DNA of 64,000 bases, from NCBI GenBank assembly GCA_007376395.1, contig VMGE01000002.1, forward strand, positions 13,118 to 77,117. Direction: 5' to 3'. The translations under genes and the position numbers were made by a program. The DNA is from Microgenomates group bacterium Gr01-1014_5. GTDB lineage: Bacteria > Patescibacteriota > Microgenomatia > UBA8517 > UBA10165. Shown here piece after piece: positions 58,416 to 64,000 of this stretch. Numbering within the stretch: the stretch's first letter is position 1; every line of letters begins with the position of its first letter. A model generated the notes under the pieces. The model was not told the origin of the DNA and did not search any database. It worked only from the letters and a program-made list of their open reading frames with translations.

Positions 58416-58455
58416 TGACATGTCTGTGAAAACGGGGTTAGACTGAAATTGCTGT

Positions 58456-58980
58456 ATGCCTGCTATAACAGAGACTCTCCGACAAGCAGACGGCGCACCC
58501 CTAGAAATACAAACTCGGGAACCCGCGGCCAGTGAGGCTTATTTAAAACTCGTTAACTATCTGATTAGACTCGGGAAACGTCCGAACCAGCAACCCCACC
58601 ACTTAGAATGGTTTGAAGGAAAGGCGAGAATAGAACTAATATATCCAAACCTAAGACAACCCGTAAGGGTAACCCTAAGCCGGGAAAGCCCGCATTTGCG
58701 AATCAAACATCCTTTATTGTGGGACTCCTGCACCTTAAACGAGCCTTTTAGTGTTTATCGGGTTAAAATAACAGACGCACGTTCAACAATCTTTGTCCCT
58801 ACTACTCACGACTGCACAATTTTCAGAGGGGTAAGTGACATAATAATTTTAGAGAGTTGGGGCGATGTAAAAAAACTCCCAGCAGATTTAACCAGAATAC
58901 CGGGTATTAGTTTTCTGCCAACTGACTGGGAAACAAAGCTAAAACCAAAGTGTGTGGTTCAAATTCCAAACAGAGCCTAA
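58456..58980 (+). CDS. Hypothetical protein
   Basis: 174-aa ORF with an upstream TTGACA-18-TAGACT promoter match. Confidence 0.55.
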   Translation: MPAITETLRQADGAPLEIQTREPAASEAYLKLVNYLIRLGKRPNQQPHHLEWFEGKARIELIYPNLRQPVRVTLSRESPHLRIKHPLLWDSCTLNEPFSVYRVKITDARSTIFVPTTHDCTIFRGVSDIIILESWGDVKKLPADLTRIPGISFLPTDWETKLKPKCVVQIPNRA

Positions 58981-59064
58981 CATATCCCCTAAGCCTTAAA
59001 TATGGGTCTTGACAGAAAAAAATCCCTCGAGTACTCTCTGAAGAGAAAAGAATTGTAGAAGCAA

Positions 59065-59766
59065 ATGGCAAACATCGACAGGGAGCATAGAGCTAGACAT
59101 CCGGAAGGTTTAACAACAGCGCAAGAACGCCTGGCTGTAGAGCTCTTTGCAATTGGAGCAGTTAAATTCGGAGACTTTAGGCTTCAATCTCACCAAAGCT
59201 ATCCAGAAGCCCCTCTTTCTCCAGTTTATTTCAATTTTAGAGTATTGCCGCTTTGGCCTGAAGTTTTAAAAACCGTTGCGGGTATCTACCAACAGCTCGC
59301 AGAAAAAGCTCAACCTTACGACGCCTGTGTAGGAATTCCTGACGCAGGAGTGCCCTTGGCAAATGCTTTTTCCTTAAGAACAGATACTCCGCAAATAATT
59401 ATGCGTAAAGAGGCTAAGGTGGGTTATGGCATCGAAGGACAATTTTTAACTCCTCTACCCGATGATGTCAAGACTGTTTTGGTCGTAGATGATTTAATGA
59501 CTACAGCTGGGAGTAAAGAAACTGGGATTGATAAACTGGAAGAGGCAGGGCTTAAAGTGAGCGATGTCATCGTTTTGCTGGATAGAGACCAAAATGGAAA
59601 AGGCAAGAGAAAACTTGCCGAACGAGGAGTCTCGTTCCATGCCGCCTTTACTCTGGACCAGCTTTCAGATTTTTACGCAAGAGTTGGAAAAATCACCTAT
59701 GCCGAGCTTACAGACATTAGAAGTAGACTTGCTAAGCTTACCGAATACCTCGAAAGAAACCCTTAA
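59065..59766 (+). CDS. pyrE: Orotate phosphoribosyltransferase-like protein
   Basis: KFGDF.L, SP.Y, RKEAK..G, VLVVDDLMTTAGS; promoter match TTGACA-17-TACTCT at 59009. Confidence 0.8.
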   Translation: MANIDREHRARHPEGLTTAQERLAVELFAIGAVKFGDFRLQSHQSYPEAPLSPVYFNFRVLPLWPEVLKTVAGIYQQLAEKAQPYDACVGIPDAGVPLANAFSLRTDTPQIIMRKEAKVGYGIEGQFLTPLPDDVKTVLVVDDLMTTAGSKETGIDKLEEAGLKVSDVIVLLDRDQNGKGKRKLAERGVSFHAAFTLDQLSDFYARVGKITYAELTDIRSRLAKLTEYLERNP

Positions 59767-59786
59767 ACCTCAGAAGGTACGATTTA

Positions 59787-60890
59787 CTATTTTCTCAAGC
59801 CCATTTGTCTAACAAGTGCGTCAAAAGCCGAGTTCGGCTTGGCTATACCTTCAGGTGCAAAGACCGACATACAACGCCAACCGCCACGGCGGATTACCGG
59901 ATAATAAACCAGGGGGCGTTGCGTTGTTATCACCCGATTATCACCCACTATCTGTCTTATAATTTTTTCCAAACTTTCGTGTCCGGCAGTCATCATCACG
60001 GTTCCGTCGTAAAATTGAACCAGGTTAAGGCTGTAAGGGGTGTCGTCGGGAGCCCGTTCTATAACTACAAGTTCCACACCAAGTTTGGTGCACTGATCTT
60101 GTATAAACTTTGCGTAACTCCCCCAAGGCTGTTGATTTTCACTGATATACACTGGTTCTACTAACAAGTAATCTTTACCATCTCGTCCTTTAATAAAAGC
60201 TGCGGTTCTGTCGACATGGTGGTTTAAAAATTCTTCTGAATACCCAGTTAACATATTAATCTCCACGCCGCACGGGAAAGGCAATAACCCAACATTAAAC
60301 CTGGCAGGTAATTGTTTAATATGCTCTGAATGTTTTTTATGTTTCTTAAGATCGCAACCTCGCGGATCTGAGAAAAACAGCTTTGAATTCACCCTTAAGA
60401 CAGCACCCCCTTCTCCAAGGTAAGACATTCTCGAGCGCAATTCTGGCAAGAAGAAATTAGCATCCGGATTTACGAACGTAATCGTATCTAGGTGAACCAA
60501 CATATCGCGCGGAAAACAGGTTGAAGAAATAAGGTGATGCAAATTCACCCCACTCACTCCAAAACGAAACATCAGTTTGAAACAAAGCTCTTCATCGATT
60601 TCTTCTTTGTGGGCACGGATGAAACGGAAAGGAATGTTGTGGTCAATCAGGGCTGACGCGATGTCCGCATATTCTTGCCGCAATTTATCCGCAACAGATT
60701 CTTCAGTCAAGCCAGACTCGTATGCAGCAAATGCCCAACCTTCTTGCCCTTTGGGTATTTGAAACGTAGTTATATAAGGAAAAGTGTCGTCTTGCGGTTG
60801 ATGAAAAATAGGCTCTGCAATAAGAAGAGTTTCACCTGGGGGAATTTTAGGGACTTCAGAAATACGCCCAAGCTCTCGAAAATTAATCAT
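59787..60890 (-). CDS. Pentein-fold guanidino-modifying enzyme (arginine deiminase/DDAH/amidinotransferase-like)
   Basis: FPRD, EGG, HVD, SLN, GGWRCMS. Confidence 0.7.
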   Translation of the reverse strand: MINFRELGRISEVPKIPPGETLLIAEPIFHQPQDDTFPYITTFQIPKGQEGWAFAAYESGLTEESVADKLRQEYADIASALIDHNIPFRFIRAHKEEIDEELCFKLMFRFGVSGVNLHHLISSTCFPRDMLVHLDTITFVNPDANFFLPELRSRMSYLGEGGAVLRVNSKLFFSDPRGCDLKKHKKHSEHIKQLPARFNVGLLPFPCGVEINMLTGYSEEFLNHHVDRTAAFIKGRDGKDYLLVEPVYISENQQPWGSYAKFIQDQCTKLGVELVVIERAPDDTPYSLNLVQFYDGTVMMTAGHESLEKIIRQIVGDNRVITTQRPLVYYPVIRRGGWRCMSVFAPEGIAKPNSAFDALVRQMGLRK

Positions 60891-60954
60891 AAGAGAACAT
60901 CTTATAGCAATATGGCTCGGAATTCAAGGTTTTGTTGCGGGCGGCGGCGTAAAA

Positions 60955-61263
60955 CTACATTTTGATCTCGATTGAAACTCCAGCTGGTAAATCTAAATTA
61001 GACAATGCATCAATGGTACGTTCGTTGGGATCAAGAATATCTATTAAGCGTTTATGGACTAACATTTCAAAGTGTTCTCGGGCATTTTTATCGACGTGGG
61101 GAGATGTTTGGACAACTGTTAAATGACGCTCGGTTGGCAGAGGAATTGGCCCGACTACTTTTGAACCAACAGAAAGTACGGTGTCAATGATTTTGGCCGC
61201 AGCCTCATCAAGAACCCTATGGTCGTATGATTTTAAGCGTACTCTAAGTCTTCCGAGTGCCAT
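60955..61263 (-). CDS. rpsJ: 30S ribosomal protein S10
   Basis: LKSYDH, GPIPLPT, SPHVDK, HKRLID. Confidence 0.97.
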   Translation of the reverse strand: MALGRLRVRLKSYDHRVLDEAAAKIIDTVLSVGSKVVGPIPLPTERHLTVVQTSPHVDKNAREHFEMLVHKRLIDILDPNERTIDALSNLDLPAGVSIEIKM

Positions 61264-61279
61264 ATTTTTAAAGGGCATT

Positions 61280-61298
61280 AAAAAGCCCCTCACGGGGC
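61280..61298 (-). terminator. Hairpin plus T-run between tuf and rpsJ
   Basis: gcccc-gtga-ggggc-ttttt. Confidence 0.55.
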
Positions 61299-61320
61299 CA
61301 CGCGATTCTGACGTTAATTC

Positions 61321-62508
61321 TTAGGCAATAACCTTTGATATAACTCCGGCGCCTACTGTGCGGCCACCTTCACGAATAGCAAATCTGAGTTCCTCTTCCA
61401 TAGCAACAGGCGCAATTAGTTTAACTTTCATCTTGGCGTTATCTCCAGGCATGACCATTTCAACGCCTTCCGGGAGCGTAACCTCACCAGTAACGTCAGT
61501 TGTACGGACATAGAATTGAGGTTTGTAGCCTGAGAAGAACGGTGTGTGTCGTCCACCCTCTTCTTTGTTTAAAATATAAACTTCTGCTTCAAATTCGGCG
61601 TGGGGAGTAATTGAACCCGGCTTAGCCAAAACCATACCGCGCTCGACGTCTTCTTTTTCAATTCCGCGCAAAAGTATTCCAACATTGTCTCCTGCTTGGC
61701 CTTCGTCAAGCATCTTCCTGAACATTTCAACTCCGGTGACAACTGATTTTCTTGTATCGCGCAAACCGACGATTTCAATTTCTTCGTTTACCTTAACAAC
61801 TCCGCGCTCAATTCTGCCTGTAACAACTGTTCCGCGGCCCTTGATTGAGAAAACATCTTCAACGCTCATTAAGAATGGCTTGTCGGTTTCGCGCACAGGA
61901 GTTGGGATGAATTCATCAACTGCTTTCATCAGCTCCATAATCTGTTTTCCGGCTTCTTCGTCGCCTTCAACTGCTTTCAAGGCTGAACCTTTGATAACAG
62001 GAACTTTATCACCAGGATATTGATATTTGCTCAAAAGCTCGCGAACTTCAACCTCGACCAAGTCGACCAATTCCGGGTCATCGACCATATCAATCTTGTT
62101 CAAGAAAACAACAATAGCTGGAACGTTAACTTGGCGAGCCAAAAGAACGTGCTCACGGGTTTGCGGCATTGGTCCGTCAGGAGCCGAGACAACTAAAATT
62201 GCGCCGTCCATTTGAGCGGCACCTGTAATCATGTTTTTGATGTAGTCTGCGTGTCCTGGAGCGTCGATGTGGGCATAATGGCGAGCTTCTGTTTCGTATT
62301 CTAGATGGGTAATATTAATAGTAACTCCGCGCTGTCTTTCTTCTGGAGCGTTATCGATATCGCCGTAACCCATGGCTTTTGTGGTATTACCGGGTTGTTT
62401 TGATAAAACTGTGGTTATAGCCGCAGACAAAGTAGTCTTACCATGGTCAACGTGACCAATGGTGCCAATGTTTACGTGCGGTTTATTTCTTACAAATTTA
62501 TCTGCCAT
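61321..62508 (-). CDS. tuf: Elongation factor Tu
   Basis: [18 protein letters not shown]. Confidence 0.99.
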   Translation of the reverse strand: MADKFVRNKPHVNIGTIGHVDHGKTTLSAAITTVLSKQPGNTTKAMGYGDIDNAPEERQRGVTINITHLEYETEARHYAHIDAPGHADYIKNMITGAAQMDGAILVVSAPDGPMPQTREHVLLARQVNVPAIVVFLNKIDMVDDPELVDLVEVEVRELLSKYQYPGDKVPVIKGSALKAVEGDEEAGKQIMELMKAVDEFIPTPVRETDKPFLMSVEDVFSIKGRGTVVTGRIERGVVKVNEEIEIVGLRDTRKSVVTGVEMFRKMLDEGQAGDNVGILLRGIEKEDVERGMVLAKPGSITPHAEFEAEVYILNKEEGGRHTPFFSGYKPQFYVRTTDVTGEVTLPEGVEMVMPGDNAKMKVKLIAPVAMEEELRFAIREGGRTVGAGVISKVIA

Positions 62509-62651
62509 GATTCGTAGCTAATAGTATACAGCGTTTAGCGTATTGGAATCAACTCCCTGTGCGCTAAATGTAAAAACAAGGCATACAAGCCCTGTAGTTG
62601 TTTATTGTAACTGAAGCTATTTAGCCTTGTCAAGTATTAATTTGATTATTT

Positions 62652-63311
62652 TTAGAATCTTGGTCTTTTTAAAGGATCTTTCAGTGCTTCGTATGCAGTA
62701 TTTATTAGTTTCATTTTTCTACTATCTCCGCCTTTGTCTGGGTGGTAAATTAAAGAAAAAGCTCTATACATAGAAAGTAATACTCTTTGTATATCTTCTT
62801 CAGATAGATCTTTTAAAGCTTTTGGGTCAATACCTAGAAGTGTGTAATACTCATGGGGTGTTTGAGTTGAAGCCCTAGTACTTGATAGTTCTGCATTTCT
62901 TGCCCTTAAACTACCAACTTCCACTCTAAGGTTTGCATTTTCACTTCTTTGAGTTGATAAATTAACCTCTGTCTCTTTTAGTCTGGCCTGGGTTTTCCCA
63001 AGTTCAGTGTGCAATAAGTCGCTTTCTCTAGTTGCTTGTTCATATAGCCCCCTAAGATAAACAATCAATTTATCCCTACTAACAAGGTCTCTGCGAAACT
63101 TCTCAACTTGCTCTTCTAAGAGTTCGATTCTGCCCAAAGCTTGAGAGAGTTCAACACCTAAAGGGGTAAGTTGTCTGTGTCTAAAGGATGAAGCAACTTC
63201 ATTTTTATTGCCTAATAATTCTGTGGACAAGGTTTCAAGTATGTTTGAAAATGTCGTCAGAGCCATTTCTTGACCTTTCGGGCTTGTTAAATTTAATCTT
63301 GGAGACTCCAT
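62652..63311 (-). CDS. Coiled-coil protein with C-terminal J domain
   Basis: YYTLLG...YR..S..YHPDKGG...INTAYEAL. Confidence 0.85.
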   Translation of the reverse strand: MESPRLNLTSPKGQEMALTTFSNILETLSTELLGNKNEVASSFRHRQLTPLGVELSQALGRIELLEEQVEKFRRDLVSRDKLIVYLRGLYEQATRESDLLHTELGKTQARLKETEVNLSTQRSENANLRVEVGSLRARNAELSSTRASTQTPHEYYTLLGIDPKALKDLSEEDIQRVLLSMYRAFSLIYHPDKGGDSRKMKLINTAYEALKDPLKRPRF

Positions 63312-63326
63312 AGGTACAATGAAATA

Positions 63327-63339
63327 CACACCAGGTGTG
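63327..63339. repeat. REP-like palindrome downstream of the second RAYT
   Basis: cacaccaggtgtg; a degenerate copy may lie at 63351. Confidence 0.5.
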
Positions 63340-63371
63340 GATTACGTTGACACATCGGGTTTTATACATAT

Positions 63372-64000
63372 TTACTCAAGCATAAGATGCTTAATTTTTT
63401 CTAATTCTTTACCGTAATTTTCTTGATCAAGAGCAAACTTTAAATAATCTTTGCCGTTTTTAAAATTCGATAAAACAATATCGGGCACGACAAGCTTATC
63501 TTCTTGACCAAAGACATAAGTCCTTAAAGACGACCAGGGAAAATTTAATAACTCTTTTGCAATAACTAAATAAGAGACAAGGGGATTAATGTGTACATAT
63601 CTTGAAACATGGATTAACTGCTCATCACTCTCTATTCGAACGGCTTTAAACATATCTTGAAACAACGAGCCGCCCCGTTTGTTTTTTGTATTGAAATACT
63701 TTGCGTAGCTGTTCACTGAAAGACGTAAAAAACGCGATATGCCACCCTCTCTTACTTGCTTTAAAAGCAAGTGGAAGTGGTTAGGCATAAAACAATATGC
63801 AACAACTTCTACAATCTTGTTTTTCTTTGCATACATCTCCGATAGATAACTTTCCCTTGTTTCCTTAGAAAGTTGCAATAGTTTTGAGAGCCTTAGCGGA
63901 GGGTCGTAAAACTGATAATAACTAAGAGTTGTCGAAAATCTTTCGTAATCCCTCCTGGTTATAAATACAGGTTGACTAGCAACACCTCTGTTGAAAATAT
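63372..64000 (-). mobile_element. Second RAYT-like Y1 HUH transposase (5' end off the window)
   Basis: Frame extends to the window edge (IFNRGV...DYERF); YCFMPNHFHLL, RYVHINP, WSS. Confidence 0.9.

Noticed and set aside
1-64000. Alternative genetic code, retron/DGR or prophage
   Set aside because: TGA acts as a stop in core genes (secY, rplN, rplW), and no reverse transcriptase, integrase or phage structural gene was seen.

Overview
This window comes from a Patescibacteria (CPR, Microgenomates-like) chromosome using the standard genetic code. The lineage call rests on the missing rpmD, a short L2 and the general gene content. The core holds aspS (partial), recJ, cca, secDF, pyrG, comM, zwf, rnpB, miaA, HU, rny, recX-recA, pepF, the S10-spc-alpha ribosomal cluster and tuf. 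Accessory material includes an AT-rich defence island at about 11.0-16.8 kb (HNH, HEPN, type II R-M, DUF3800 with a predicted convergent small RNA) and two RAYT HUH transposases with flanking palindromes. Four features stand out: (1) an intact tRNA-Pro(GGG) nested in the anticodon loop of a second, interrupted tRNA-Pro shell; (2) a DUF3800 gene facing a small structured RNA with its own predicted promoter; (3) several short palindrome and 7-9-mer repeat families inserted in frame in core genes; (4) duplicated gene ends at rnpB, rplW and a PD-(D/E)XK gene that look like integration or replacement scars. All calls are by eye from motifs; no searches were run.
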